Source: an uncultured Candidatus Peribacteria bacterium (GTDB taxonomy: Bacteria; Patescibacteriota; Gracilibacteria; Peribacterales; Peribacteraceae). From it: DNA of 64,000 bases. The stretch's first letter is position 1, and every line of letters starts with the position of its first letter. The DNA lies in contig CAZCFO010000002.1 in assembly GCA_964497975.1 (NCBI GenBank), forward strand, positions 115,768 to 179,767, written 5' to 3'. The position numbers were made by a program, and so were the translations under genes. The notes under the pieces were generated by a model, which was given only the letters and a program-made list of their open reading frames with translations, did no database searches and was not told the DNA's origin. Shown piece by piece: positions 1-11,144 of this stretch.

Positions 1-236
1 TCGCGCAGCTCCGGCGTGAATTCCTGATCATCAAGCCCGCGCACATTCGCGCCCCACGTGGGCGTCACGGGAGCGGATGTGCCCGCTTTTTTGTTGCCGA
101 GCAGTATCGCGCGGGCGATATCGAACCGTTTTTGGGCGAAGACCTGCTGTGTCGAGAGACCGCACGCCTCGCGCACCTGCGACCCGAACGGGCCGCTGAG
201 TATTTCAAGAGTCGGATGCAAATTGTCGGGAGTCAT
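1..236 (-). CDS. hypothetical protein, N-terminal fragment (gene continues past the left edge)
   Basis: Own minus-strand translation: ATG at 236-234, then MTPDNLHPTLEILSGPFGSQVREACGLSTQQVFAQKRFDIARAILLGNKKAG..., open to base 1. Absent from the ORF track because it is truncated. No family recognised. Confidence 0.3.
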   Translation of the reverse strand, partial: MTPDNLHPTLEILSGPFGSQVREACGLSTQQVFAQKRFDIARAILLGNKKAGTSAPVTPTWGANVRGLDDQEFTPELR

Positions 237-309
237 GGGAGTGAAAAGGAAGGAAAAGAAAAACACCTCCGCGGCGGTCCCGCGGGGTAAGGAGGTGAAG
301 CTGAGTCAT

Positions 310-1338
310 TCACGCCCTATTCTCCCGCGGGGGCCGCATGGACATCATTTCGGCGCGCTTCGCACGGGCAACAAAAATGTCACAAGTCCAATTGTTGACT
401 GCTTCGATGGCGTTATTCTTGCCGATACGGGCAAAAACCCCCGCGCAACCGATGTCGCTTTGCGGAAGTCTTTTGGAGATCACCAAATCGCTTCCCTCCA
501 GCTCAAAAAGCTGGTGATCAGGGCGTGCCTCGGCAGCGGGTTTCCCTGAAAAATTTTCAAACTTCCCAGCAGGAATGTTAGAAAGCCGCTGCAATGCGGC
601 CGCGACGCTTCCTCGAACCGCTTCCAGACGCTGTGCTACGGGAGTTTCCGAAGAATGGATGTAAAACAATCTGGGAAGAACATTGCGATACATACGAAAT
701 GTCTGATCGACTGCGGTATCCGCTCCCAGGCACAAAAATATTTCTGAATCCCGGGCCCTGGTCGGGTAAGTCATCCGATAAAATGCCTCGGAAGCCTGGT
801 GATCAAAGCTTTTTTCGTCTTCCTTCGTAAACAGATCACGCAAAAGTTGGCGGATGTGATGATGAAGAACCTGTGTCGCACTCTGCTGAACTTCATCATC
901 CGAGAGCTCGTGTAGATGGACAGGCTGCAAGGCATTTTGTGCCTTGTTCGGACGCCCGAGGCCACAGGACTCCGGATGCTCTTCGATCCATTGGAAGGCC
1001 GGGCGCAGCGCACGCTCACTGAAATAGGCACCGAGCGACGTTCGCGAGAACTGCGGGGCTTTGTCATGCAATTCTGCGATGACGCGCAGCATGCGCTCGT
1101 TGCCCTGACGGAATTCTTTTAAAACGAGCGGCATAATGCCTCGTAAGCCTGCCCGGTGAATCAGATCCGTCCTCTGGGGAAGAGCCTCACTGATCGCGGA
1201 CCGAACGTGCTTGAGAGCGGGACTCTCGACGGTCCTGGTGCCAGCCGGTGGAATTTTCAGGGAAGACATAAGCTTGGAAAAAAAACCCCGCTTCGTGCGA
1301 GGTGGGAAGTGTGAAGGGAAGCTGCTCTCAGCAGTCAC
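310..1338 (-). CDS. hypothetical protein
   Basis: 342-aa ORF with protein-like composition, unlike the Arg/Gly/Pro-rich off-frame ORFs here. Locally lower G+C. No motif recognised. The start could be internal (M24). Confidence 0.5.
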   Translation of the reverse strand: MTAESSFPSHFPPRTKRGFFSKLMSSLKIPPAGTRTVESPALKHVRSAISEALPQRTDLIHRAGLRGIMPLVLKEFRQGNERMLRVIAELHDKAPQFSRTSLGAYFSERALRPAFQWIEEHPESCGLGRPNKAQNALQPVHLHELSDDEVQQSATQVLHHHIRQLLRDLFTKEDEKSFDHQASEAFYRMTYPTRARDSEIFLCLGADTAVDQTFRMYRNVLPRLFYIHSSETPVAQRLEAVRGSVAAALQRLSNIPAGKFENFSGKPAAEARPDHQLFELEGSDLVISKRLPQSDIGCAGVFARIGKNNAIEAVNNWTCDIFVARAKRAEMMSMRPPRENRA

Positions 1339-1460
1339 ACCCGCCTCGCAGAGGGGACATCATCATCGCCATCATCATGCCTGCGAGGGAAGGGATCTTG
1401 AGCACGCGAGGAGGCTAAATGCGTCACTGCCCTCTGTCAAATTTCCGGATACGCGAAAAC

Positions 1461-3539
1461 TCAGATCATCTTTTCCTTCACGATTTTCGCGTCGATTCCC
1501 AAAAATTTCTCGGCAGCCTTCCGTGCGCGCGCGATCAGTTCCGGATTCAGCAGCTGCGCCATCTCCCCTTCCGGAATGCCGCTCTGGCGCAGACCGAACA
1601 GCTCTCCGGGACCGCGCAGTTTCAGGTCGATTTCGGCGAGCATGAAGCCCGATTCGTGCTTCTCCATCGCCTTGAGTCGCGGCGAATGCGCCTGCTCCTG
1701 CGTGGTCGCGAAGAGGAAGCAGTGGCTCTTGTGCTCCCCTCTTCCGACTCTTCCGCGCAACTGATGGAGCTGCGCGAGACCGAAGCGCTCGGCGCCTTCG
1801 ATGATGATGATCGTCGCGTTGGGCACGTCGATCCCCACTTCGATGACGGACGTCGAGACGAGGATGTCGCTCTTGCGGTCGCGGAATTCCTGCATGATGC
1901 GCTGCTTCTCCTCCGGGCTGAGCTTGCCGTGCAACATGGAAATCTTTCGGCGGGGAAATTCCTCACGGAGGCGCTTCACCTCCGCTTCAACATTTTTCAC
2001 ATCCGCGAGCAGGGTCGTTGCATGCAACGACCCTACGGCCTCCGTAATCAACGGACAGATCACAAATACCTGCCGTCCCGCGTCGATCTCGTGGTCGATG
2101 AACCGCTCGACGGTGACGCGGTCTGACGGCGCCACGACCTTGGTGTGGATCGCCTGACGCTTGCCGGGCTTTTCGAGGAGCACGGAGATGTCGTGATCGC
2201 CGTACGCCGTGAGCGCGAGCGTGCGCGGGATGGGGGTCGCGGTCATGGAGAGGAAGTGCGGGCTGCCTTTGTCGCGCAGCCTTTGGCGCTGGAGCACACC
2301 GAACCGGTGCTGTTCGTCCACGATCACCAGGCGCAGATCGCGGAATGCAACCTTCTCCTCGATGAGCGCGTGGGTGCCGACGACGATGTCCACCGTGCCC
2401 GCAGCGAGCCCCCTCCGGATGTCGTCCCCTTCCGCCTTGGGCGTCGATCCCGTGAGGAGCGCGATCCGGGGCAGCGGGAATCCCGATGCCATGGCCGACT
2501 TCCCGCCCGTATCGGCATGCAGGTACGAATGGAAATTGATGAGCAGCCTGCCGATGGATGCCGCATGCTGCCGGGCGAGCACTTCGGTGGGGACCATGAG
2601 CGCGCTCTGGCCGTGGTGCCGCAGGACGTTGGCGATGACCGCCACCGCCACAAGCGTCTTGCCGGATCCCACGTCGCCTTCCAGCAGCCGCGACATCGGG
2701 ACGTCCTTTTCCATGTCGCGGAGGATTTCGTAGATCGCGACTTTCTGTCCGCCCGTGGGGGTGAACTTGAGCGATTCGAACAGCGCGCGGATCAGCTCCA
2801 CGTCCATCGGCGTCTTGAGCCGGGACTGCGACGCCTCCTGCCACGACTTCTTGCGTTCGAGCGCGGTGCGCTGCAGCTCGTACATCTTCTCGAACGCCAG
2901 GCGCTCCATAGCGCGTCCGACTTCCGCCGGATCATCGGGAAAATGCAGTGCCCGGATGGTATCGGCGCGGCTGAGCAGTTTTTCGTCCGTGACCGTCTCC
3001 GCGGGCAGCGTCTCGGGAATCCTGCCGATCGCCGGTTTGACGAGCGCCATCTTCTCCCGCAGCCACCGCGTGGTGATCCGTTCGTGCTGCGGATAGATGG
3101 GCACGAGTCGTCCCGAATGGAGCAGGGGCCTGCCCGTCTGCTTTTCGAACACGGGGCTCTGCAGCTGCAGCTTGCGTCCGTTGATCACCAGCTTTCCCGT
3201 CAGCACCACTTCGTCGCCGTCGCTGATCATGCGCTTGATGTGCGGCTGGTTGAACCAGACGGCCTCCGCCGTTCCTCCGTCGGTATCCGTGAACTGCGCC
3301 GTGACGATCTGCTTTCCCCCGCGGATGCGGACCATTTTGATCAGGTTCACCGTCCCGCGGATCGTCACTTTGTCCCCCACGGCCGCCGTCGCGATGGTTT
3401 GCATCCGGCTCAGGTCTTCATGGGCGCGCGGCAGATACAGGAGCAGGTCCCCCACCGTCCGGATATCCATCTTCTCCAAGGCGTCGATGAAGTCCTTGGT
3501 GGTGCGGAGAACGGCCTGCAGTGGCGTGGAAAGCTCCAT
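1461..3539 (-). CDS. recG: ATP-dependent DNA helicase RecG
   Basis: Walker A GDVGSGKT, DEQH box VIVDEQHRFG and an N-terminal wedge/OB region. Track ORF 1461..4322 trimmed to the in-frame ATG at 3539 (MELSTPLQ...), giving 692 aa. The upstream 261 codons are low-complexity antisense of the 3585..3983 gene. Confidence 0.9.
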   Translation of the reverse strand: MELSTPLQAVLRTTKDFIDALEKMDIRTVGDLLLYLPRAHEDLSRMQTIATAAVGDKVTIRGTVNLIKMVRIRGGKQIVTAQFTDTDGGTAEAVWFNQPHIKRMISDGDEVVLTGKLVINGRKLQLQSPVFEKQTGRPLLHSGRLVPIYPQHERITTRWLREKMALVKPAIGRIPETLPAETVTDEKLLSRADTIRALHFPDDPAEVGRAMERLAFEKMYELQRTALERKKSWQEASQSRLKTPMDVELIRALFESLKFTPTGGQKVAIYEILRDMEKDVPMSRLLEGDVGSGKTLVAVAVIANVLRHHGQSALMVPTEVLARQHAASIGRLLINFHSYLHADTGGKSAMASGFPLPRIALLTGSTPKAEGDDIRRGLAAGTVDIVVGTHALIEEKVAFRDLRLVIVDEQHRFGVLQRQRLRDKGSPHFLSMTATPIPRTLALTAYGDHDISVLLEKPGKRQAIHTKVVAPSDRVTVERFIDHEIDAGRQVFVICPLITEAVGSLHATTLLADVKNVEAEVKRLREEFPRRKISMLHGKLSPEEKQRIMQEFRDRKSDILVSTSVIEVGIDVPNATIIIIEGAERFGLAQLHQLRGRVGRGEHKSHCFLFATTQEQAHSPRLKAMEKHESGFMLAEIDLKLRGPGELFGLRQSGIPEGEMAQLLNPELIARARKAAEKFLGIDAKIVKEKMI

Positions 3540-3584
3540 GATCGTGTGCGCAAAGTATAGGCTCCGGGGCGAAAATGTGATAGA

Positions 3585-3983
3585 ATGGAGCATATGGCCG
3601 ATTTCCAGGACGCCATCACCCAACATCAGAATCTTTCCGAGGAAGCCCAGAAGAAGGCCGGCCAGGCCACGGGCAGCGACATGTCGGCGCAGCACAAGCG
3701 GTTCCTCGCGGAGCTGATCGGCATGCTCGACCGGAAAGAGATGGATGCGCGCGTTCCCGCGTCCCTCCTCAAGCAGGAGAACTACGGGCCGCTCTCGCAG
3801 GAACAGAAAGACGCCGTTGATCTCGCGCTCATGAACATCACCGACGAGCTGCGCCTGATCGAGGACTATTACCGCAGCAAGGAGACCCCCAACGCCTCGC
3901 CCCAGCTCCAGACGATGATCGAGCACTTCTGGGACAAGAAGACCCGCCTGGAGGAAAAGTACGGCGACGTCCTCAAATTCTGA
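3585..3983 (+). CDS. hypothetical protein (start may be the second ATG at 3594)
   Basis: 132-aa ORF divergent from recG with balanced composition. TGATAGAAT extended -10 at 3578-3586 overlaps the first ATG. Confidence 0.55.
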   Translation: MEHMADFQDAITQHQNLSEEAQKKAGQATGSDMSAQHKRFLAELIGMLDRKEMDARVPASLLKQENYGPLSQEQKDAVDLALMNITDELRLIEDYYRSKETPNASPQLQTMIEHFWDKKTRLEEKYGDVLKF

Positions 3984-4004
3984 CCTGTCATTCCCCCTTC
4001 CCCC

Positions 4005-4268
4005 ATGACCACGATCCCCCGCAACGAAATCCTCGGCGGCCGCGCCCCCGAGTCGCAGCCCGAAGGTGCCGCAAAGGCCGCGCAGGGTCTCGACAAGCTC
4101 AGGCTGCAGACGGAAATCCAGCAGCAGGTCCGTGAGCGCGTGTTGGAGGAAAAGCTTCCGATCATCAACGAGACCGAAGACGGCCTGCGCGCTGCCTCCG
4201 AGTCGTTCCTGCGGCAGCACCCCGACGTGAAAGTCGACGTGCCGGATTTTTACCGTGTCGCCGCCTGA
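4005..4268 (+). CDS. hypothetical small protein
   Basis: 87-aa ORF, same strand and 21 nt after the previous gene. Charged, helical-looking composition. No family recognised. Confidence 0.4.
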   Translation: MTTIPRNEILGGRAPESQPEGAAKAAQGLDKLRLQTEIQQQVRERVLEEKLPIINETEDGLRAASESFLRQHPDVKVDVPDFYRVAA

Positions 4269-4271
4269 TGC

Positions 4272-4399
4272 AGTGTCATGGTGAGGTGCGAGTCCGCCTC
4301 GTGCGGACGAGCCTCGAACCATGATTTTTGGAAGTGGCTCGAGGCCCGGTTCCGATTCCCGGGCACCCTGCCTGCCGCCAGCAGGCTCGCAATGACACT
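4272..4399. repeat. two REP/MITE-like GC-rich palindromic units (one forward, one inverted and degenerate)
   Basis: AGTGTCATGGTGAGG + hairpin GTCCGC-ctcgt-GCGGAC + GCCTCGAACCATGA at 4272-4324. An inverted copy at 4336-4399 ends GCAATGACACT. Related copies at 62171-62297 and 63562-63644. Confidence 0.6.
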
Positions 4400-4404
4400 A
4401 TTCT

Positions 4405-5322
4405 TTATTCGAGAGTGATCCACTCAATCCGTTCGTCTCCTTTCCACCAGGTCATCTGCCTCTTCGCGTATTGACGCGCCTTTGCGGCAATCAGCTCCTG
4501 CAGTTCTTTCCGTGACGGCGTGCCGGATTCCAGGAACGCGATGATCTCCCGGTAGCCGTGGCTCTTCATGGCGGGATCCTCCGCTCTGTATCCCTGAGCG
4601 AGCAGTCCCCGGACCTCGTCGATCCATCCCCTCTCAAACAGTTCTGTCGTCCGCAGATCGATCCTCTTTGCGAGCGTCTCGCGATCCCGCTCGATGCCGA
4701 TGATGAAGAGATCATACGGACACGAACGCTTTTGCCTCGCCTGCGACGGCTTCTCCTTCGTCGATTCCCAGATCTCCATGGCGCGCAGCACGTAGGGCTT
4801 GTTCTTCACGGAAAACGCGGCCGCCGTTTCCGGATCGATCTCCGTCAGTTTCGCATAGAGGGCCGCTCCCCCGTCGGCGTCATAGTCCGCGCTCAGCCGT
4901 GACCGCAGTTGTGAATCCGGCGTCGCGGGAAACTCCAGCCCGTCGATGACCGCGCTGATGTAAAGCATCGAGCCGCCGACGAGCATCGGGACCCTGCCGC
5001 GCCGGTGGCAATCATCGATGGCGCTCTCCGCCATCCGCTTGTACTGCGCGGCGGTCACTTCGTCTTCCGGATCCAGAACATTCAACAGATGATGTGGCAC
5101 GCCCCGCATCTCGTCCGGCGTGATCTTCGCTGTGCCGATGTCCAGGTGGCGGTACAGCTGCCGCGAGTCGCCATTGATCACATCTGCATTGCCCAGCGTC
5201 AGCGCGAGATCGACTGAGAGCCCTGTTTTTCCGCTTGCCGTAGGGCCGAGAATCACCACGAGCGGCCGCGATGACGCGGAAATGAATTCCTGAAGCCGTT
5301 TTTGGATATGTGCATTCCTCAT
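4405..5322 (-). CDS. miaA: tRNA dimethylallyltransferase
   Basis: P-loop [32 protein letters not shown]; 305 aa, typical length. Confidence 0.9.
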   Translation of the reverse strand: MRNAHIQKRLQEFISASSRPLVVILGPTASGKTGLSVDLALTLGNADVINGDSRQLYRHLDIGTAKITPDEMRGVPHHLLNVLDPEDEVTAAQYKRMAESAIDDCHRRGRVPMLVGGSMLYISAVIDGLEFPATPDSQLRSRLSADYDADGGAALYAKLTEIDPETAAAFSVKNKPYVLRAMEIWESTKEKPSQARQKRSCPYDLFIIGIERDRETLAKRIDLRTTELFERGWIDEVRGLLAQGYRAEDPAMKSHGYREIIAFLESGTPSRKELQELIAAKARQYAKRQMTWWKGDERIEWITLE

Positions 5323-5487
5323 GACATTCTAGAGTATTGCATCATTCGTGTCGTGATGCCTACTGCCGGAAAAACCGGAAAAACGGTATCATATCCACGA
5401 ACAGAAACCTCTCCGTATTTCTTCCGATCCCCCGTTATGCACCCCCTGATCCAGTCCGTCGCCAAGAAGATTTCCCACGGCGCGACG

Positions 5488-6090
5488 ATGTCGAATTTCC
5501 TCGTTCCCACCGTCATCGAGAAGACGCAGTTCGGCGAGCGCGTGTACGACATCTACTCCCGCCTGATGGAGGAACGCATCGTCTTCCTGGGCACGGCGAT
5601 CAACGACGACGTCGCGAACGTCATCATCGCCCAGCTGTTGTTCCTGGAAAAAGAGGACGCGAAGAAGGACATCATCCTCTACGTGAACTCCCCGGGCGGC
5701 CAGGTCACGTCGACCCTCGCGATGTACGATACCATGCAGTACGTCCAGCCCGACATTTCCACGGTGTGTCTGGGCATGGCGGCATCGGGCGGCGCGATCA
5801 TCCTGATGGGCGGCGCCAAGGGCAAGCGCTTCGCGCTCCAGCACAGCGAGATCATGATCCACCAGCCTCTCGGCGGCGCCGAGGGCCAGGCGACCGATAT
5901 CGCCATCCACGCGGAGCACATCATCAACACGAAGAACCTCCTCAACGAAATGATCGCCCTGCACACCGGCAAGAAGGTGGAGCAGGTGAAGCTCGACACC
6001 GAGCGCGACAAGTTCATGAGCGCCAAGGAGGCTCTGGCCTACGGCCTCATCGACCGCATCGTCAGCAAGGCGAAGCCCGCTGCGAAATAA
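5488..6090 (+). CDS. clpP: ATP-dependent Clp protease proteolytic subunit
   Basis: [27 protein letters not shown]-terminus, catalytic Ser context GMAASGG, His context MIHQPLGG. Track ORF 5302.. trimmed to the ATG at 5488 (200 aa); alternative ATG at 5437. Confidence 0.9.
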   Translation: MSNFLVPTVIEKTQFGERVYDIYSRLMEERIVFLGTAINDDVANVIIAQLLFLEKEDAKKDIILYVNSPGGQVTSTLAMYDTMQYVQPDISTVCLGMAASGGAIILMGGAKGKRFALQHSEIMIHQPLGGAEGQATDIAIHAEHIINTKNLLNEMIALHTGKKVEQVKLDTERDKFMSAKEALAYGLIDRIVSKAKPAAK

Positions 6091-7281
<1,191 letters not shown>

Positions 7282-7291
7282 GGCAGAAAAC

Positions 7292-7349
7292 TCACAACTC
7301 ACAAAAAACAAACTCACAATGGATGTGGATTGGAAACTGTGAGTTGTGA
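7292..7349. terminator. bidirectional hairpin between convergent tgt and rplU
   Basis: TCACAACTCACA (7292-7303) is the perfect complement of TGTGAGTTGTGA (7338-7349). The left arm lies in a CTCACAA word repeat. Confidence 0.45.
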
Positions 7350-7350
7350 A

Positions 7351-7662
7351 TTACAGATTGATCTTCGTCACCTCCACGTACGTGTAGTTCTGGCGGTGGC
7401 CGGCCACGCGGCGATAGCGCTTGCGGCGCTTGAACTTCTGGATGCGGATCTTGTCGCTCTTATCGTGCTTAAGAACCTTCACCTCGACGCTGGCGCCGCT
7501 GACCAGCGGTGAGCCGACTTTGACGTCGTCTCCGTCGGCGAGCAGCAGGACGTCGCCGAACGTGAGCACCTTGCCCTCATCCGCCTTCTGCAGGGGGATT
7601 TCGAGCTTCATGCCCTTTTCGACCTTTTCCTGAAAGCCGCCGATGTCGACGATCGCAAACAT
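7351..7662 (-). CDS. rplU: 50S ribosomal protein L21
   Basis: MFAIVDIGGFQEKVEKG...KFKRRKRYRRVAGHRQ, 103 aa. Track ORF 7351..8028 trimmed to the ATG at 7662. Confidence 0.9.
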   Translation of the reverse strand: MFAIVDIGGFQEKVEKGMKLEIPLQKADEGKVLTFGDVLLLADGDDVKVGSPLVSGASVEVKVLKHDKSDKIRIQKFKRRKRYRRVAGHRQNYTYVEVTKINL

Positions 7663-7671
7663 GACCGGGAG

Positions 7672-7700
7672 AGTGTAGGGAAGGGATTCGGCCCCGGCAA
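7672..7700 (-). promoter_or_regulatory. putative sigma70-type promoter of rplU
   Basis: Minus strand reads TTGCCG-17 nt-TACACT, with only 9 nt between the -10 box and the ATG. Confidence 0.35.
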
Positions 7701-7717
7701 GGCCAATTCTGGCCGCT

Positions 7718-8491
7718 TCAGGGGTTCGTGGTCCCCGGGACAGCGCTTTCGGGACGCCAGCCGAAGTCGATTGTGAGTACCTTTCCCTTGATCTGGAACT
7801 GCGTAAACAGGCGGTAGAAGTCGTCCTTGGGCCGCTGGATGGCAAACACCGGCGTCGCCACGTCGTCGATGGGATGCGTGTGGATGAAGTCACCGGACGT
7901 CGACAGGATGACGCTGTGGCCGGTCGCACCCAGATACTCCTCCAGCCGCACGGGCTTCCCGTCCGCGCCCCGGACGGTATAGGTGAATTCCACCTGGCTT
8001 CCCGATTCCTCGACGGCGAGTTCGACATCGTACCCGTCCACCGTCTTCTTCCGGTCGTGGTTCTCCTCGATCACGTAGAGGCCCCGGTCGCCGGGATACT
8101 GCCTCTTCCAGCGGATGGTGTGCGGCGTCCCGTCGGCGGAGGCGAAATCGGCGTAGAGCCAGTAGGGTCCTCCTTCGGGCGGCGTGAAAGCCGTCCTCCA
8201 GACGCCGTCGGCGTCCATCTCGGGATGAAGATGATGGAAGTGGCGCAGATCGTCGCGCACGACGATCAGATGCATCTGCTTGGTGTGCGTGACGGAAAAT
8301 TCCTTCACGGGCTGATTGTCCTCGAGAACCCGGAAGGCAATGGCGTTCTCCGCGCTCATGTCCTCCACGCGCAATGCTTCCGCAGCCCGAGGATCATGGC
8401 CGCCGTGTATCGCCTCATTGGTCGGAGCGGACGAGCAGGACGCAAGAAGAAGGGCTGTGACGAGGACAGAACACGGGGGGAGAGGCTTCAT
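7718..8491 (-). CDS. putative metal-binding lipoprotein
   Basis: MKPLPPCSVLVTALLLASCSS signal peptide with lipobox. His clusters HFHHLHPEMD and HSVILS...FIHTHP. Lies next to copA. ATG at 8491 chosen because the track start at 8515 is GTG. Confidence 0.6.
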   Translation of the reverse strand: MKPLPPCSVLVTALLLASCSSAPTNEAIHGGHDPRAAEALRVEDMSAENAIAFRVLEDNQPVKEFSVTHTKQMHLIVVRDDLRHFHHLHPEMDADGVWRTAFTPPEGGPYWLYADFASADGTPHTIRWKRQYPGDRGLYVIEENHDRKKTVDGYDVELAVEESGSQVEFTYTVRGADGKPVRLEEYLGATGHSVILSTSGDFIHTHPIDDVATPVFAIQRPKDDFYRLFTQFQIKGKVLTIDFGWRPESAVPGTTNP

Positions 8492-8532
8492 AATTTGACG
8501 GGAAAGCAGGAGCACTTTACATCTATAGGCGT

Positions 8533-8829
8533 ATGGAAACCCGCAAATTCTGGGAGCCGGAAATGAATACGGAAATGGGATCCGTGGAGCCCGTCATGAC
8601 GATCGGCCCGCTGCGGGGCACGAACCAACAGATGAATATGGCAGAGAGCTCCATTCATTCCCTTCTTCTACGTCCGCTCGAGGCTTTGGAGGATTATCTT
8701 TTGGAGCGAAAGCGTCCCGAGGCGGAGCAGCGCGCCATCGCCAACGTGCATGTCCAAGTGACCCTCTGGCGGGAGGCTTTGGAGGATTTTCACCAGCAGG
8801 ACTTTTTTGCCGATGAGGATGACTTATGA
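8533..8829 (+). CDS. hypothetical protein
   Basis: 98-aa acidic ORF between the lipoprotein gene and copA. Its 3' end overlaps the copA stop by 6 nt. No motif recognised. Confidence 0.4.
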   Translation: METRKFWEPEMNTEMGSVEPVMTIGPLRGTNQQMNMAESSIHSLLLRPLEALEDYLLERKRPEAEQRAIANVHVQVTLWREALEDFHQQDFFADEDDL

Positions 8830-11052
8830 TGAGCGGCTGTGAAACTTTTTCAGCCGTAGCGAGTTCGTCACGACGGACACAGAACTGAGCGCCATCGCGA
8901 GCCCTGCCAGCTCCGGCCGGAGCACCAGGCCGTAGCCCGAGAGCAGCCGTGCGGCAACCGGGATGCCGATGATGTTATAGATGAGCGCGAAGAAGAGGTT
9001 CTGCCGGATCTTGCCCATTGCACTGCGACTGAGCCGGATGGCGGTTGCCATGTCCCGCGGGTCGCTGCGGACCAGCACGATGCCCCCTGTCTCCATCGCG
9101 ATGTCCGATCCCGAACCCATCGCGATTCCCAGGTCCGCCTGCGCGAGGGCAGGGCTGTCGTTGATGCCGTCGCCGACCATTGCGACGCGCTTTCCGCTTT
9201 TCTGCAGCGCACGGATTTCCCCCGCCTTGTCCTCCGGAAGGACTTCCGCGAGCACGCGCGAAATACCCGCCTGTTTCGCGATGGCCGCGGCGGTGCGCGC
9301 GTTGTCCCCGGTGATCATCAGGGTTTCGATGGCCATCGTCTTCAGTCGTTCTACCGCCTCCCGCGCCTCCGGCTTGATAATGTCCGCCACGGCGATGAGC
9401 CCCATGACCTGCCCATCGGTGAGGACCATCACCGTTTTACCCTCATCCTCGAGAGAGCGCATCCGTTCTTCGGCGAGCGTCATCGGCGCGTTGGCCGTTT
9501 GCATCATCCGGCGGTTGCCCAGCGAGTATGCCTTGCCGTCGATGTAGCCCTCCACGCCGGAACCCGGCACGGCACGAAAGCCCTCCACGGGTTTCGTCGT
9601 GATGCCCTTCGCCTTCGCATGACGCAGAATCGCATCCGCCAGCGGGTGCTCCGAACGCTCCTCCAGGGAAGCCGCGAGCTGCAGCACGCGCTCCTCCGCT
9701 GCCGAGAAGGCGATGACATCCGTCACAGAGGTCTTCCCCCGGGTCAGCGTTCCGGTTTTGTCGAAGACGACGGCGGTGATGCGTTCCGCCGCCTGCAGGG
9801 GCCCGCCCCCGCGGATGAGGATGCCGAGTTCGGCACCGCGACCCGTCGCGACCATGATAGCCGTGGGCGTCGCGAGGCCCAGCGCACAGGGACACGCGAT
9901 CACCATCACCGATACGAACGCGAGCAGCGCGAACGTGAGCGTTGCACCCGCAAGAAGCCAACCGATGAAGGTGATCGCGGCGACGGCGATCACCGCCGGC
10001 ACGAACCATGCGGCCACACGGTCGGCGAAGTCCTGCATGGGCGCGCGAGAGCCCTGGGCCTCCTCGACGAAGCGGATGATGTTCGCCAGAACCGTGTCGC
10101 GTCCAACTTTCTCCGCGCGGAATTCCACCGAGCCGCGGCCGTTCATGGTGCCGCCGTAGACCTTCGCGCCCGCTGCTTTTTCCACGGGCATGCTCTCGCC
10201 GGTGAGCATCGATTCATCGATGGACGTCGTGCCCGATGTCACGATCCCGTCTACGGGGATTCTCTCCCCCGGACGGACGATCACGATGTCGCCCGCACAC
10301 ACGCTCTCCAGTGCAATGTCCGCCGGTTTCCCGTCCCGCAGCACCCGCGCCGTCTTCGGCTGCAGACCCATCAGCCTCTCAATCGCATCACCCGTCGCTC
10401 CTGTTGCGCGGGATTCGAGCCACTTTCCCAGCATGACGAACGTGATGAGCAGCGCGGACACCTCGAAATACAGGTCGTGCACGTCGCCGGTCGCCGAGCC
10501 TGTCGCCATCACGTGTGCGGCGAAGTTCCAGAGGCTGTAGAGGTACGCCACGGACGTGCCGATGGCGATGAGGCTGTCCATGCCAAACGCGCGTGCCCGG
10601 AGATTGGCGAACAAGCCGCGGTAAAATTCGGCGCCGAAGAAGAACTGCACCGGGGTCGCCAGCAGGAGCGATACGAGAGGCATCCACGGCATCACAGCGT
10701 GTGCCGGCGACCCGTCGGGCAGGAACATCACGATCATGAAGAAAAGCAGAGGCGCACTCAGCACCAGGCTTCCGAAAAAAGCGTTTCGATATTTTGCGAT
10801 CTGCTCGCTCCGCATCTGCCGCTGACGTCCCCGGTCGCCTTCACCGGCGATGGACGCGGTGAATCCCGCCTTCCCGATCGCTGCGATGATTTTCCCGTCA
10901 TTCACCGTCGTTTCATCAAACACCACAGTCGCTTTCGCCGCCGCAAAATTCACGCCAGCTTCCAGCACGCCGGGCAATCCTGCGATAGTTCTTTTGATGG
11001 TCGCCGCACATCCGGCGCAGTGCATGCCACTGAGGGAATATGTTCGCTTCAC
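8824..11052 (-). CDS. copA: copper-translocating P1B-type ATPase
   Basis: N-terminal HMA GMHCAGC, CPC motif (IACPCALG), [25 protein letters not shown] start. Confidence 0.9.
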   Translation of the reverse strand: MKRTYSLSGMHCAGCAATIKRTIAGLPGVLEAGVNFAAAKATVVFDETTVNDGKIIAAIGKAGFTASIAGEGDRGRQRQMRSEQIAKYRNAFFGSLVLSAPLLFFMIVMFLPDGSPAHAVMPWMPLVSLLLATPVQFFFGAEFYRGLFANLRARAFGMDSLIAIGTSVAYLYSLWNFAAHVMATGSATGDVHDLYFEVSALLITFVMLGKWLESRATGATGDAIERLMGLQPKTARVLRDGKPADIALESVCAGDIVIVRPGERIPVDGIVTSGTTSIDESMLTGESMPVEKAAGAKVYGGTMNGRGSVEFRAEKVGRDTVLANIIRFVEEAQGSRAPMQDFADRVAAWFVPAVIAVAAITFIGWLLAGATLTFALLAFVSVMVIACPCALGLATPTAIMVATGRGAELGILIRGGGPLQAAERITAVVFDKTGTLTRGKTSVTDVIAFSAAEERVLQLAASLEERSEHPLADAILRHAKAKGITTKPVEGFRAVPGSGVEGYIDGKAYSLGNRRMMQTANAPMTLAEERMRSLEDEGKTVMVLTDGQVMGLIAVADIIKPEAREAVERLKTMAIETLMITGDNARTAAAIAKQAGISRVLAEVLPEDKAGEIRALQKSGKRVAMVGDGINDSPALAQADLGIAMGSGSDIAMETGGIVLVRSDPRDMATAIRLSRSAMGKIRQNLFFALIYNIIGIPVAARLLSGYGLVLRPELAGLAMALSSVSVVTNSLRLKKFHSRSS

Positions 11053-11144
11053 TGCTGGATACTACGCGACTGCGGGGAAAGCGGGTTTCGAAAAGTACGG
11101 GAAAATATCTGTCTCATTCTACGGTCAATGCTACAGTCGTCGCC

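Noticed and set aside
58-549. 163-aa plus-strand ORF at the left edge.
   Set aside because: It overlaps two better minus-strand reading frames, has odd composition (Cys/Arg/Pro/Gly) and contains no motif.
3540-4322. N-terminal 261-codon extension of the RecG ORF (track ORF 1461..4322, 953 aa).
   Set aside because: The extension is Arg/Gly/Leu/Val-rich low-complexity sequence. It lies antisense to two better ORFs (3585..3983 and 4005..4268) and runs through the REP-like element. The canonical RecG N-terminus begins at the ATG at 3539.
5302-5487. N-terminal extension of ClpP (track start 5302, or ATG at 5437).
   Set aside because: The conserved ClpP N-terminus aligns with MSNFLVPTV at 5488. 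The 5302 start would overlap the miaA start region. 5437 remains a possible alternative.
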